From Candidatus Levybacteria bacterium RIFCSPHIGHO2_01_FULL_40_16 (GTDB lineage Bacteria > Patescibacteriota > Microgenomatia > Levybacterales > UBA12049): a stretch of 64,000 bases of DNA. The position numbers and the translations under genes were made by a program. The number at the start of each line of letters is the position of its first letter. Positions within the stretch are counted from its first letter, which is position 1. This document shows positions 43,714-53,327 of the stretch, piece after piece. The stretch is taken from positions 34,095-98,094 of the forward strand of contig MFNS01000006.1 in assembly GCA_001783805.1 (NCBI GenBank). Direction: 5' to 3'. The notes beneath the pieces are model-generated. The model was not told the DNA's origin, searched no databases, and saw nothing but the letters and a program-made list of their open reading frames with translations.

Positions 43714-44967
43714 ATGTTTTTTTCAAAGAAAAAAATAATATTTATACTTTTTCTTCTTAGCCTATTAGTTCTTTCTAAATACTTCTCAATAATTGTTTAT
43801 GCCGCGGATTGTGATGATAAGAATGGTCAAGAAAAAGTTGACTGCCTACAGAATAAAGTAAATGATCTTAAGGGTCAAGCCAAAACACTTTCGTCCCAAA
43901 TTTCCATAATGGATAGTCAAATTAGATTAACAGAGGCAAGAATAGAGACAAACAAAAGGCAAATACTCGATTTAACACTAGACATTGATACGACAACGAA
44001 AAAAATTTCCTCTCTCCAGGACTCTTTAAATAAAATTACGGAAGTATTGCTAAATAGAATTGTTGCAACATATCAGGCAGGGAGAGTTCAGCCGTTTGAA
44101 ATGCTTTTATCCTCTCGGGACGCTTCCAATTTGCTGGCGAGACTAAATTATTTAAGGATTGCACAAAACCATGATAAAAGACTTATCTACGATGTCCAGC
44201 AAGCAAAAAATGACTACACAAATCAAAAAGATATTTACGAGGCAAAGAAGAAAAAAGTAGAGAATCTCAAAAAACAACTCGAAGCATATACTGTTCAATT
44301 AAATCAGGAAAAAGTAAATAAGCAAGATTTGCTTAGTCAAACAAGGGGAAGTGAGGCGACATATCAATCCCTTTTGGCGCAAGCCAGAGCTCAGTTGGCC
44401 GCCTTTTCTAATTTTGCAACTTCTACCTTTGGAACATCATTGGTTCCCCATAAAGAATTGTCTGATGAATACGGTAAATATTATAATCAAAGGGATAGTC
44501 AATGGGGCAATTTATTAGTCAATAATGATAGCAGCAATTGTAGGGGTGGTCCCTGTACCTTAGCTAGAATTGGTTGTCTGATAACTTCTTATGCGATGGT
44601 GGCTTCTCGTTTTGGAAGCTCAATAAATCCCGCAGACGTAGCGGTAAACTCCAGTAACTTTTGGGGCGGTAGCGCTGATTTTATGAAGCCGGGTCCCTCG
44701 GCAAATGGGCATGCGGTAAGTTATGTAGCTGATCCATCCATACAGCAGTTAAGAGACGCATTAAGCTCTGGTGCAGCTGTAATTGCTGGTTTATCAATCA
44801 ATGGCGGTCCATCCTCAACTCATTATTCTGATCACTGGGTTGTTTTAAGGTCGGTTGATGGTGAAAGCTTTAAGATAAATGATCCTGCTTATCAAGACGC
44901 AATGAACGTTTCCTTGAATGACCATTATTCTAGCTGGACAATAATTGAAGCAAGAATTTATAGATAA
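43714..44967 (+). CDS. PcsB/EnvC-like coiled-coil protein with C-terminal papain-like (C39/CHAP-like) cysteine peptidase domain
   Basis: Signal/TM, about 200-aa coiled coil, C-terminal Cys (CTLARIGC) ... His (HYSDHWVVL); directly after ftsEX. Confidence 0.5.
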   Translation: MFFSKKKIIFILFLLSLLVLSKYFSIIVYAADCDDKNGQEKVDCLQNKVNDLKGQAKTLSSQISIMDSQIRLTEARIETNKRQILDLTLDIDTTTKKISSLQDSLNKITEVLLNRIVATYQAGRVQPFEMLLSSRDASNLLARLNYLRIAQNHDKRLIYDVQQAKNDYTNQKDIYEAKKKKVENLKKQLEAYTVQLNQEKVNKQDLLSQTRGSEATYQSLLAQARAQLAAFSNFATSTFGTSLVPHKELSDEYGKYYNQRDSQWGNLLVNNDSSNCRGGPCTLARIGCLITSYAMVASRFGSSINPADVAVNSSNFWGGSADFMKPGPSANGHAVSYVADPSIQQLRDALSSGAAVIAGLSINGGPSSTHYSDHWVVLRSVDGESFKINDPAYQDAMNVSLNDHYSSWTIIEARIYR

Positions 44968-44974
44968 ATATTAA

Positions 44975-45847
44975 ATGAGAGCAATAATTGTCCTTATTGC
45001 GGTTTTATTTCTTCTGCATTTTGCGAATCCTGTTTCTGCAGCAACTTTTACCTTCGAAGGATCTCTGGCAGAGATCCATGATGATGAATCTTTTACTATC
45101 AATGTTTTACTTTCTATAGCCAGTTCGAAGGGAAAAAGCTATTACATTCGACCTGGATTCTTCCAGCCAGAAAAAACTCCACGTTCTTATTTCGGCTATA
45201 TCAAAGATAATGCAGGTGATTGGGCTAACGGGGGATCACCGATAGATAAAACACAGTTTTATAAAATTACTATGAATGACAATAACGAATGGGTAGGCAG
45301 CCTTATTATAAAGGCTGATCTAGAGGCTTCCGGATTCAATGGATCGGGAAATTACAATTTTATAATTGGTAGGTATACAGAATCCGGGAGCACAGTAAAT
45401 TGGTGCGATGGCGATTCCACTCCATGTTCCACTTCCATTATTACAATTAATCAAGCACCAACGCCTACGTCTACCCCGACGCCTGTTCCAATAAATATTC
45501 CTACTTCAACGCCAACCCCTACGCCAACTCCAACATCTTTGCCGGCGCCGACGAAAACGCCAACGCCTACTCCAAGCCGTACACCTACGCCTATTTTAAG
45601 ATCCTCGTTATCGCCTGCGCCAGAAGAAGTTTTGGGAGAAAGTACGGAAACTGGGGAAATTGTTTCCGCTACTGACACAGAATCTTCTAATGAAGACGCA
45701 CTGGCTTCAAATAAATCCAAAAGCACAAATAACAATTGGTTTCAAAAATTTTTCATTTGGATTGGCGGAATTCTTTTAATTGCTTGTGCTATACTATCTT
45801 TTCGAGTTTATATTAAAAATAAAAAACCGGATTCCGAAACAATATGA
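44975..45847 (+). CDS. secreted protein with Pro/Thr-rich linker and C-terminal TM anchor
   Basis: Signal peptide; APTPTSTPTPVP...TPTPTPS low-complexity linker; C-terminal hydrophobic anchor. Confidence 0.45.
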   Translation: MRAIIVLIAVLFLLHFANPVSAATFTFEGSLAEIHDDESFTINVLLSIASSKGKSYYIRPGFFQPEKTPRSYFGYIKDNAGDWANGGSPIDKTQFYKITMNDNNEWVGSLIIKADLEASGFNGSGNYNFIIGRYTESGSTVNWCDGDSTPCSTSIITINQAPTPTSTPTPVPINIPTSTPTPTPTPTSLPAPTKTPTPTPSRTPTPILRSSLSPAPEEVLGESTETGEIVSATDTESSNEDALASNKSKSTNNNWFQKFFIWIGGILLIACAILSFRVYIKNKKPDSETI

Positions 45848-46323
45848 AAATTAAAGAAAAAGTTTTTGTTACAAATAATTTCGAAGAGACACAAAAACTA
45901 GGAGAGAATTTTGCAAGGTCTCTCCTTGCAAGTCCGCAAGGAGAGACCTCAAATGTGATTACTCTCTATGGGGAGTTGGGAAGCGGCAAAACAACTTTTG
46001 TTCAGGGGTTAGCGGCTGGCCTTGGAATTAAGAACAGAATTATTTCCCCTACATTCATAATAGTCAGAAGCTATAAATTAAGGATTAAGGATAAAGGATT
46101 AATGATAAATGACTTTTATCATATAGATTTGTATAGGGTGGAGAGCGAGAGGGATCTTGAGGGTTTAGGGATTGAAGAAATTGTAAATAATAAAAATAAT
46201 ATTGTGGTAATTGAGTGGGCGGAAAAATTAAAAAAATACTTGCCTCAAAAAAGAATAGACATAAAATTTTCATATGAAAAAGACAACATAAGAAAAATTA
46301 TGTTTGGATCTTCAAATCAATAA
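45844..46323 (+). CDS. tsaE: tRNA threonylcarbamoyladenosine biosynthesis protein TsaE
   Basis: LYGELGSGKTTFVQG P-loop, SPTFII, HIDLYR; contains heptamer-encoded insert KLRIKDKGLM. Confidence 0.75.
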   Translation: MKIKEKVFVTNNFEETQKLGENFARSLLASPQGETSNVITLYGELGSGKTTFVQGLAAGLGIKNRIISPTFIIVRSYKLRIKDKGLMINDFYHIDLYRVESERDLEGLGIEEIVNNKNNIVVIEWAEKLKKYLPQKRIDIKFSYEKDNIRKIMFGSSNQ

Positions 46324-46379
46324 GCATCGTTTGACAATTGCCTTACTTGTGTGGTATATATTGTCCACTGCCTCACAAG

Positions 46380-46577
46380 ATGAATTACAATATCCAGACA
46401 AATTTTTTCAATGTTAAAGAAGTTTCAGTATTTTTAAAATTAAGCGCACTAACAGTTTACAAATATATCTCGGAGAAAAAAATTAAAGCAATACAGTTTG
46501 GCGGACGTTACCTTATCGATAAATCCTCACTTAATAAATTTGTGAAAGAGAGAAAATTAAGTAAATCCAGCACCTGA
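46380..46577 (+). CDS. helix-turn-helix (excisionase/MerR-like HTH_17) DNA-binding protein
   Basis: VKEVSVFLKLSALTVYKYISEKKIKAIQFGGRYLI pattern; start may be 46338. Confidence 0.45.
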   Translation: MNYNIQTNFFNVKEVSVFLKLSALTVYKYISEKKIKAIQFGGRYLIDKSSLNKFVKERKLSKSST

Positions 46578-46594
46578 TTGGTGACGGATAAAAC
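46562..46594. repeat. hairpin element family B copy 2 (degenerate: ATCCAGCACC-tgatt-GGTGACGGAT), overlaps HTH stop, upstream of tsaC
   Basis: Shares TAAATCCAGCACC and GGATAAAAC with copy at 38115..38150. Confidence 0.5.
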
Positions 46595-46627
46595 CTCTTG
46601 GAACCTTCTAATTGATATAATTACAAT

Positions 46628-47206
46628 ATGGATAAGGTTAAAAAAGCAATTGAAGTTTTAAGGCAGGGCGGAATAGTTATTTTTCCAACAGATACGGCTA
46701 TCGGCATTGGCTGCAGAGTAGATGATAAAAAAGCAGTAGAAAGATTATTTAAAATCCGCAAAAGACCTGAAAATAAACCAATGTTAATATTGGTTAATTC
46801 GATTGAGATGGCTCAAGATTATTTATTACCAATTTCTCAAGAAATTAAGAATAAGCTGATTAAACGCTATTGGCCGGGAAAGCTTACAATTATTCTGCAA
46901 AGCAAAATTGATAAGGTGCCAAATTTGGTAAGAGGCGGAACAAATACTCTTGGCGTTAGATTTCCCGATAGTAAAAATTTGTTAAAATTAATTAGCGGAG
47001 TGGGCGTACCAGTTGTTGCGCCATCTGCAAATTTTGCAGGCGAGAAAACACCGTTTAGATTTGAAGATCTAAATCCAAAACTTATAAAACAAGCGGATTA
47101 TGTTTTAAATGAAGAAATAAGTTTGGAAAAAAATGTTTCAACTATAATTGATTGTACGGTTACGCCCTGGAAGGTTATCAGAGAAGGAGCGGTAAAGATA
47201 AATTAA
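46628..47206 (+). CDS. tsaC: L-threonylcarbamoyladenylate synthase (YrdC/Sua5 domain)
   Basis: YrdC motifs (FPTDTAIGIG, VRGGTNTLGVRFP, PSANFAG). Confidence 0.8.
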   Translation: MDKVKKAIEVLRQGGIVIFPTDTAIGIGCRVDDKKAVERLFKIRKRPENKPMLILVNSIEMAQDYLLPISQEIKNKLIKRYWPGKLTIILQSKIDKVPNLVRGGTNTLGVRFPDSKNLLKLISGVGVPVVAPSANFAGEKTPFRFEDLNPKLIKQADYVLNEEISLEKNVSTIIDCTVTPWKVIREGAVKIN

Positions 47207-47208
47207 AA

Positions 47209-47565
47209 ATGAAAAATGAAAAATTAAAAATTATTTTGGTACTAGATACTGCAGATAGTCAAGAAATTACAGTAGGTTTGATTATTGATGGCCGGAAAGA
47301 CATTCAAACCAAAAAGGTTATTTTCAATAAGACACAAATTATCCTGCCAATGGTTGATAAGATTCTAAAAAAACATTTATTAGCGCCAAAAGATTTATCG
47401 GAAATTCAAATTAACCTCGGGCCGGGATCATTCACAGGCTTACGGATTGGTCTTGCCATTGCCAATGCTTTGTCTTTTGTTCTCAAAGTTCCGGTTAATG
47501 GAAAAAAAGCCGGAGAAATAATTTTGCCAATATATTCCTCCTCCGCGAAAAGCAAACAGCATTAG
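47209..47565 (+). CDS. tsaB: TsaB (YeaZ)-like protein, N-terminal domain only (short form)
   Basis: ILVLDTA ... GPGSFTGLRIGLAIANAL; only about 119 aa from ATG at 47209. Confidence 0.55.
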   Translation: MKNEKLKIILVLDTADSQEITVGLIIDGRKDIQTKKVIFNKTQIILPMVDKILKKHLLAPKDLSEIQINLGPGSFTGLRIGLAIANALSFVLKVPVNGKKAGEIILPIYSSSAKSKQH

Positions 47566-47654
47566 ACATGTAAAGTTATTGTTATTTCGCTTCGGCGGAT
47601 TTAAGCTCTGGTAACGTTGAATAATATAATTGGCAGAGCTTCAAAAGTGATATA

Positions 47655-48512
47655 ATGAAGAAAATGAAAGATTTCCTGTTTCATCTTTTCATCCCAAGAG
47701 AATCTAATAATCACCGGGCAAAAGTCTTACACCATACAAATTTATTCCTAACAATAGTTTTTCTCTTCTTAGCAAGCTTTCTGATACAAAGAATAAGTGT
47801 AAGTTATCCGGCTGTTCTAGGCATAAATGCAGATATCTCCTCGGATCAACTTTTGTTTTTAACCAATCAAGAAAGACAAAATGCAGGCGTTAATCCATTA
47901 GCTTTTAATGAACAACTTTCCCAAGCAGCTTCAAAAAAAGCTCAGGATATGCTTGACTATGGTTATTGGGCGCATAATTCTCCGACCGGCAAAAGCCCAT
48001 GGGTTTTTATTAGATCATCAGGATACAATTATGTTTATGCGGGAGAGAATTTGGCAAGGGGATTTGCGACTGCAGATAGCGTAATGAAAGCATGGATGGC
48101 AAGTCCGGATCATCGGGCAAATGTGCTCTCGGCAAACTACGAAGATGTTGGATTTGCAGTAAAGTTGGGAAAATTAAATGGCGAAGAGACAGTCCTGATT
48201 GTAGAGGAGCTTGGTAGCTTGCATATGCCTATTGCCAAGAGTAAGGTTCAGGATATTGCAGCAGGGAATACAAACGTCCTTACTAAGAATGTTCAAGTGG
48301 TTAGCAAACAATCGCTTATCAATATTTCGTCTCTATCTTCAAATATTTATTACATATTTATTCTAGTATTTATTGCGGCCCTTTTGTTGGATATGATTAT
48401 TGTAGAAAAGAAGAAAGTTATGCGTTTCGTTGGGCACAACATTGATCATATACTATACCTATTGCTGATATTAGTTTTAATTGGTATCTGGGGTAAGGGG
48501 GTAATAATTTGA
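47655..48512 (+). CDS. CAP (SCP/PR-1-like) domain protein, membrane-anchored
   Basis: N-terminal TM, CAP core (NQERQNAG, YWAHNSPTG, GENLARGF, WMASPDHRANVLS), C-terminal TM. Confidence 0.65.
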   Translation: MKKMKDFLFHLFIPRESNNHRAKVLHHTNLFLTIVFLFLASFLIQRISVSYPAVLGINADISSDQLLFLTNQERQNAGVNPLAFNEQLSQAASKKAQDMLDYGYWAHNSPTGKSPWVFIRSSGYNYVYAGENLARGFATADSVMKAWMASPDHRANVLSANYEDVGFAVKLGKLNGEETVLIVEELGSLHMPIAKSKVQDIAAGNTNVLTKNVQVVSKQSLINISSLSSNIYYIFILVFIAALLLDMIIVEKKKVMRFVGHNIDHILYLLLILVLIGIWGKGVII

Positions 48513-48781
48513 TGTTAAAAAGGATATCGGAACATGCCGCCTACTACACGTCGCTGATTGCTATACTTAGTCTTAGTTTTTTACTGGCGTACAGCAGTTC
48601 GGATAGGAGTTTTCAAATTGGCGTTATTGTTGCCACTACCTTTTTCTATGTATTGTGGGGCATTCTGCATCATCTGATAAATCATGATTTACATACAAAA
48701 ATTGTGATAGAATATATACTTATTGGTACCTTTGGTTTGACAATTATATTTTTTCTTTTGAGTGTAAGTGGCAACTATTAG
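48509..48781 (+). CDS. hypothetical small membrane protein
   Basis: 90 aa, 3 predicted TM. Confidence 0.3.
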   Translation: MMLKRISEHAAYYTSLIAILSLSFLLAYSSSDRSFQIGVIVATTFFYVLWGILHHLINHDLHTKIVIEYILIGTFGLTIIFFLLSVSGNY

Positions 48782-48791
48782 GAGATAATTT

Positions 48792-49520
48792 ATGAAAGGT
48801 GTTGTTTTGGCGGGGGGTCTTGGCACAAGACTCTATCCCTTAACCCATGTAACTAATAAGCATCTGCTTCCAGTTTATAATAAGCCAATGATTTTCTATC
48901 CTATTCAGACTCTGGTGAATGCAGGAATAACGGAAATCTTAATTGTTACTTCAGGACCTCATGTTGGTGATTTTCTGGGAGTGCTTAAAAATGGAAAGGA
49001 TTTAGGGGTAACACATTTGGAATATGCTTATCAGGAAAAACCGGATGGCGGAATTGCGGACGCGCTTTCTCTGGCAGAGGCTTTTGCGGATGGAGATTCG
49101 ATTACGGTTATTTTGGGAGATAACACTACGGATGCAGATATTTCACAGGCGGCTAGAAGATTTAAGGATGGAGCAGTTGTTTTTCTTAAAAAAGTTCCGG
49201 ACCCAAAGCGTTTCGGAGTACCCCTATTTGATCCTAAAAATCCAAAAAATATAATCAAAATTGAGGAAAAACCAAAAGAGCCTAAATCTGATTATGCCGT
49301 TACAGGTATCTATATTTACGATAATAAAGTTTTTGAGTACGTTAGGAAATGCGATCCGAATTTTGCCGGAAGAGGAGAATTAGAGATTACAGAGGTAAAT
49401 AATTACTATATTAACGAAAAAAAACTCAGATGGGAAGAGCTAAATGGATATTGGAGCGATGCCGGAACTTTTGATAGTCTTTTTAAATCCAGCAGTTATT
49501 GGGCCACCCAAAAAAAATGA
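48792..49520 (+). CDS. rmlA: glucose-1-phosphate thymidylyltransferase (short form)
   Basis: MKGVVLAGGLGTRLYPLT nucleotide-binding motif; RmlA-like. Confidence 0.8.
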   Translation: MKGVVLAGGLGTRLYPLTHVTNKHLLPVYNKPMIFYPIQTLVNAGITEILIVTSGPHVGDFLGVLKNGKDLGVTHLEYAYQEKPDGGIADALSLAEAFADGDSITVILGDNTTDADISQAARRFKDGAVVFLKKVPDPKRFGVPLFDPKNPKNIIKIEEKPKEPKSDYAVTGIYIYDNKVFEYVRKCDPNFAGRGELEITEVNNYYINEKKLRWEELNGYWSDAGTFDSLFKSSSYWATQKK

Positions 49521-50059
49521 GCCAATGGAAAATTATTTCTCAAAAATCCATACTTAAAGCGAAACTTTTTGACGTTAAACAAATAGATTTTGAAAATAAA
49601 TCTGGAAAGAAAAAGACGCATCGTGTGGCGGAAAGAGTTCCAATTGTTTCAGTTTTTCCCCTGACCGACTCATACGAAATTTATTTGCTTTCCGAATATA
49701 GATACATGCTGAAGAAAACAATTATAGAAGCTGTAGCTGGGCATATGGAAAAAAAAGAAACTACAATTGCCGCAGCAAAAAGAGAACTAAAAGAAGAGGC
49801 AGGCATAGAGGCTCAACAGTTGGAAGAAATAGCCAGAATTGAAATGTCGGGCAGCGTTTTTAAGAGTAAAGTCCACCTTTTTTTGGCAAAAGGATTGGAA
49901 ATAGGAGATAATAAACCTGATGATGACGAAGAGATATCTGTTATTAAAATGCCTTTAGCGCTGGCCGTAGAAAAAGTTATGTCGGGAGAAATTAATCATG
50001 CCTCAAGCGTGATAGGTATATTAATGCTTGATAATTTAAGAAGAGAGAAAAAATTATAA
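49517..50059 (+). CDS. Nudix hydrolase
   Basis: Perfect Nudix box GHMEKKETTIAAAKRELKEEAGI; embedded between rmlA and rmlB. Confidence 0.7.
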   Translation: MSQWKIISQKSILKAKLFDVKQIDFENKSGKKKTHRVAERVPIVSVFPLTDSYEIYLLSEYRYMLKKTIIEAVAGHMEKKETTIAAAKRELKEEAGIEAQQLEEIARIEMSGSVFKSKVHLFLAKGLEIGDNKPDDDEEISVIKMPLALAVEKVMSGEINHASSVIGILMLDNLRREKKL

Positions 50060-50061
50060 TT

Positions 50062-51075
50062 ATGAAACTTCTAGTTACGGGTGGAGCAGGATTTATAGGA
50101 TCCAATTTTATTCTTTATTGGATGAAGAATTATCCGCAAGATAGAATTGTTAATTTGGATAATCTTACTTACGCGGGGAATTTGGAAAATCTTAAAGAAG
50201 TTGAGAAGAATCCCAACTATAAATTCATTCATGGAAACATTTGCAATTTAAATATTGTAGGCGAGGCAATGAGGGGTATAGATACGGTTGTGCATTTTGC
50301 TGCAGAAAGCCATGTCGATAGGTCAATCCTGAAGCCATCCGATTTTATTGTGACAAATGTTGTTGGCACCCAAGTCTTGTTGGATAGCGCCTTGAAGCAT
50401 AAGGTGAAGCGTTTTCACCATATTTCTACAGATGAAGTTTATGGAAGCCTTAAACTTAATGATCAGAGTAAATTTAATGAACGAACAAATTATAATCCCA
50501 ATAGTCCATATTCGGCAAGTAAAGCCGGGTCAGATCATTTAGTTAAAGCGTATAGCGAAACTTATGGTCTTCCAATTACAATTACTAATTGCTCAAACAA
50601 TTTTGGTCCGTATCAATTCCCGGAAAAATTTATTCCATTGGCAATAACAAATATTTTAGAGGACAAAAAGGTTCCGGTATACGGAGACGGGCTGTATGTA
50701 AGGGATTGGCTCTATGTGATTGATCACTGCAGAGCAATAGATCTAGTTTTAAATAAGGGCAAAGTTGGGGAGACATATTTGGTAGGCGGAATGACGGATG
50801 ACATCTCTAATCTGGAGGTGGTTAAAAAAATTCTGAAGATTATGGGTAAACCGGAAAGCTTTGTAGAGCATGTTAAAGATAGACTCGGACATGACCGTCG
50901 TTATGCGGTTAATTGGTCAAAAATAGAAAAAGAATTAGGCTGGAAACCCCTTCACGATTTTGATGAGTGGCTTGAAAAAACTATTGCTTGGTATAAAGAA
51001 AATGAAAAATGGTGGAAGGATGTAAAATCAGGCGATTACAAAAAATACTATCAAGAGCAATATGGAAAATTATGA
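50062..51075 (+). CDS. rmlB: dTDP-glucose 4,6-dehydratase
   Basis: TGGAGFIGSNF, YSASKAGSD (YxxxK), RmlB-like throughout. Confidence 0.9.
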   Translation: MKLLVTGGAGFIGSNFILYWMKNYPQDRIVNLDNLTYAGNLENLKEVEKNPNYKFIHGNICNLNIVGEAMRGIDTVVHFAAESHVDRSILKPSDFIVTNVVGTQVLLDSALKHKVKRFHHISTDEVYGSLKLNDQSKFNERTNYNPNSPYSASKAGSDHLVKAYSETYGLPITITNCSNNFGPYQFPEKFIPLAITNILEDKKVPVYGDGLYVRDWLYVIDHCRAIDLVLNKGKVGETYLVGGMTDDISNLEVVKKILKIMGKPESFVEHVKDRLGHDRRYAVNWSKIEKELGWKPLHDFDEWLEKTIAWYKENEKWWKDVKSGDYKKYYQEQYGKL

Positions 51076-51938
51076 AAATTTTGGGAACGGGACTAGATGG
51101 GCTTGTTGGGTCAAGAATAATTGAGCTTTTAAGCGGTAAGCATGAGTTTGAGAATCTCAGCCTCAGTACGGGAGCGGACATTACGGATAGGAATGCAATT
51201 CTCCAAAAAATCAAAAACTCGGATGCTCAAATCATGCTTCACTTAGCCGCGAAAACCGATGTTGATGGATGCGAATTGGATAAGCCATTAGGAGAAAAAG
51301 GAGATGCTTGGAAAATTAATGTGTTTGGAACACAAAACGTAGTTGACGGATGTTCGGAGAGTAATAAAAAAATAATTTATATTTCTACGGATTTTGTTTT
51401 TGATGGAACAAAAGAAGCTTATTCGGAAGAAGATGCTCCAAATCCGCTCAGCTGGTACGCCAAAACAAAATATGAGGGAGAAAAAATCGTCCAAACTTCA
51501 AAAATTCCCTGGATCATTGTCCGTATTGCCTCTCCCTATAGGGCAGTATTCAAAAAATTAGATTTTACTCGCGCGATTCTTAAGCGTTTACAAGAAGGAC
51601 TTTCTGTAGTAGCGGTTAAGGATCATATTTTTACTCCGACATTTATTGACGATATTGCCTTGGCAATCGACGTTCTGATTGCAGATAATTTACAGGGCAT
51701 ATTCCATGCCGTTGGGAGTCAGAGCTTAACACCTTTTGCTGCCTCTATTCTGATAGCAAAAGAATTTAGTTTGGATTCATCTAAAATCACTGAAACTAGA
51801 AGAGCTGAGTTTTTTAATAATCGAGCGCCCAGGTCTTTCCAACTGGCGCTGAAAAATGATAAAATACAAAGATTAGGAGTAAAAATGAAGACGTTTGAAG
51901 AAGGACTGAGAGAGATAAAAAAACAAGGGATAATTTGA
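51072..51938 (+). CDS. rmlD: dTDP-4-dehydrorhamnose reductase-like (RmlD family)
   Basis: ATGA overlap with rmlB; LGTGLDGLVGSRI Rossmann motif, YAKTKYEGE (YxxxK). Confidence 0.7.
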   Translation: MKILGTGLDGLVGSRIIELLSGKHEFENLSLSTGADITDRNAILQKIKNSDAQIMLHLAAKTDVDGCELDKPLGEKGDAWKINVFGTQNVVDGCSESNKKIIYISTDFVFDGTKEAYSEEDAPNPLSWYAKTKYEGEKIVQTSKIPWIIVRIASPYRAVFKKLDFTRAILKRLQEGLSVVAVKDHIFTPTFIDDIALAIDVLIADNLQGIFHAVGSQSLTPFAASILIAKEFSLDSSKITETRRAEFFNNRAPRSFQLALKNDKIQRLGVKMKTFEEGLREIKKQGII

Positions 51939-52034
51939 AATTTTAAATTTGCAATTTTCAATCAAATCTAAATTTTAAAATTAAAACATTAAAAATTCAT
52001 TAAAAATTAAAAATTTTAAATTGAAAATTAAGTT
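51939..52034. repeat. 96-nt A/T-only low-complexity heptamer-like repeat tract (AAATTTT/AAAATTA units) filling rmlD-ugd intergenic
   Basis: Essentially G/C-free; periodic aaatttt, aaaatta, aaaattc units. Confidence 0.5.
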
Positions 52035-53327
52035 ATGACAATAACTTTTGTAGGACATGGGTATGTAGGTTTGGTAACCGCTTCTGTTTTTGCAGATCTC
52101 GGCAACACAGTTTGGGTTATCGGACATACCAAAGAAAAGATTGAAAATCTCAAAAAAGGCATATTACCCATTTATGAACCGGGACTTGAAGAAATTGTCA
52201 GAAGGAATGTTAAAGCAAAAAGACTATTGTTTACTCTGGATTATAAAGAATCTGTTCCAAATTCAGATGCTGTTTTTATAACAGTTGGTACCCCTCCAAA
52301 ACCGACAGGCGAAGCTGATTTGTCGATTGTTTTTGAAGTCGCCAAGAAAATCGGAGAGAATCTGGATGGATATACCGTGGTCGTAACAAAAAGTACGGTA
52401 CCGGTTGGAACAAATAAAATAATCAATGAAATAATTGCTGCGGCAAAACCCGCAAAAGCAAAGTTTGACATCGCATCTATTCCTGAATTCTTAAGAGAAG
52501 GACAAGCCATATCGGATACGCTTCATCCAGATAGAATTGTAATCGGTACCAATTCCAAGCCCGCAGAGAAATTACTGATTGAACTTCATAAGTCTATCGA
52601 TGGAAGCTATGTATTGACCAATATCGAAACTGCGGAAATGATTAAGTATGCTGCCAACTCATTTCTCGCCACAAAGATTTCTTTTGCGAATGCAATTGCT
52701 CATCTGTCAGAGCTAACCGATGCGGATGGATCAAAAGTTTTAGAGGCAGTGGGGCTTGATAAACGGGTTGGCAGTCAATTCTTGCTTGCGGGAGCAGGAT
52801 ATGGAGGAAGCTGTTTCCCAAAAGATGTAAAAGCCATGATAACAATTGCAAAAAGATCAGGATACGATTTTTCCCTTCTTAAAGCTGTTGAGGAAATTAA
52901 CCAACAGGCAATGCATGGTATAGTTGAAAAAGCAAAGAAGATGTTGGGCGGGAAGGTAAAAGACAAAACGATTGGGATACTTGGCTTATCCTTTAAGCCC
53001 GACACGGACGATATGAGAGATGCTCCTTCAATCTTTATCATAAATAGCCTTCTTAGAGAAGGCGCAAAAATAAAAGCTTATGATCCTATTGCGATGAATA
53101 ACGCAAAAAGAATTCTAAGAAATGTTGATTTTCAACCTGATTCTTATTCTGTTGCCCAAGATTGCGACATTCTGATTATAATAACCGAATGGAATGAATT
53201 TAGACAACTTGATCTAAGGGAAATAAAAAAGTATATGAGCAAACCTGTCCTTCTGGATGGAAGAAATATTTATGATCCCCGGAAATTAAGAGAAATGGGA
53301 TTTATATATACTGGAGTTGGTCGATGA
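52035..53327 (+). CDS. ugd: UDP-glucose 6-dehydrogenase
   Basis: VGHGYVGL NAD motif, catalytic GGSCFPKDV. Confidence 0.85.
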   Translation: MTITFVGHGYVGLVTASVFADLGNTVWVIGHTKEKIENLKKGILPIYEPGLEEIVRRNVKAKRLLFTLDYKESVPNSDAVFITVGTPPKPTGEADLSIVFEVAKKIGENLDGYTVVVTKSTVPVGTNKIINEIIAAAKPAKAKFDIASIPEFLREGQAISDTLHPDRIVIGTNSKPAEKLLIELHKSIDGSYVLTNIETAEMIKYAANSFLATKISFANAIAHLSELTDADGSKVLEAVGLDKRVGSQFLLAGAGYGGSCFPKDVKAMITIAKRSGYDFSLLKAVEEINQQAMHGIVEKAKKMLGGKVKDKTIGILGLSFKPDTDDMRDAPSIFIINSLLREGAKIKAYDPIAMNNAKRILRNVDFQPDSYSVAQDCDILIIITEWNEFRQLDLREIKKYMSKPVLLDGRNIYDPRKLREMGFIYTGVGR

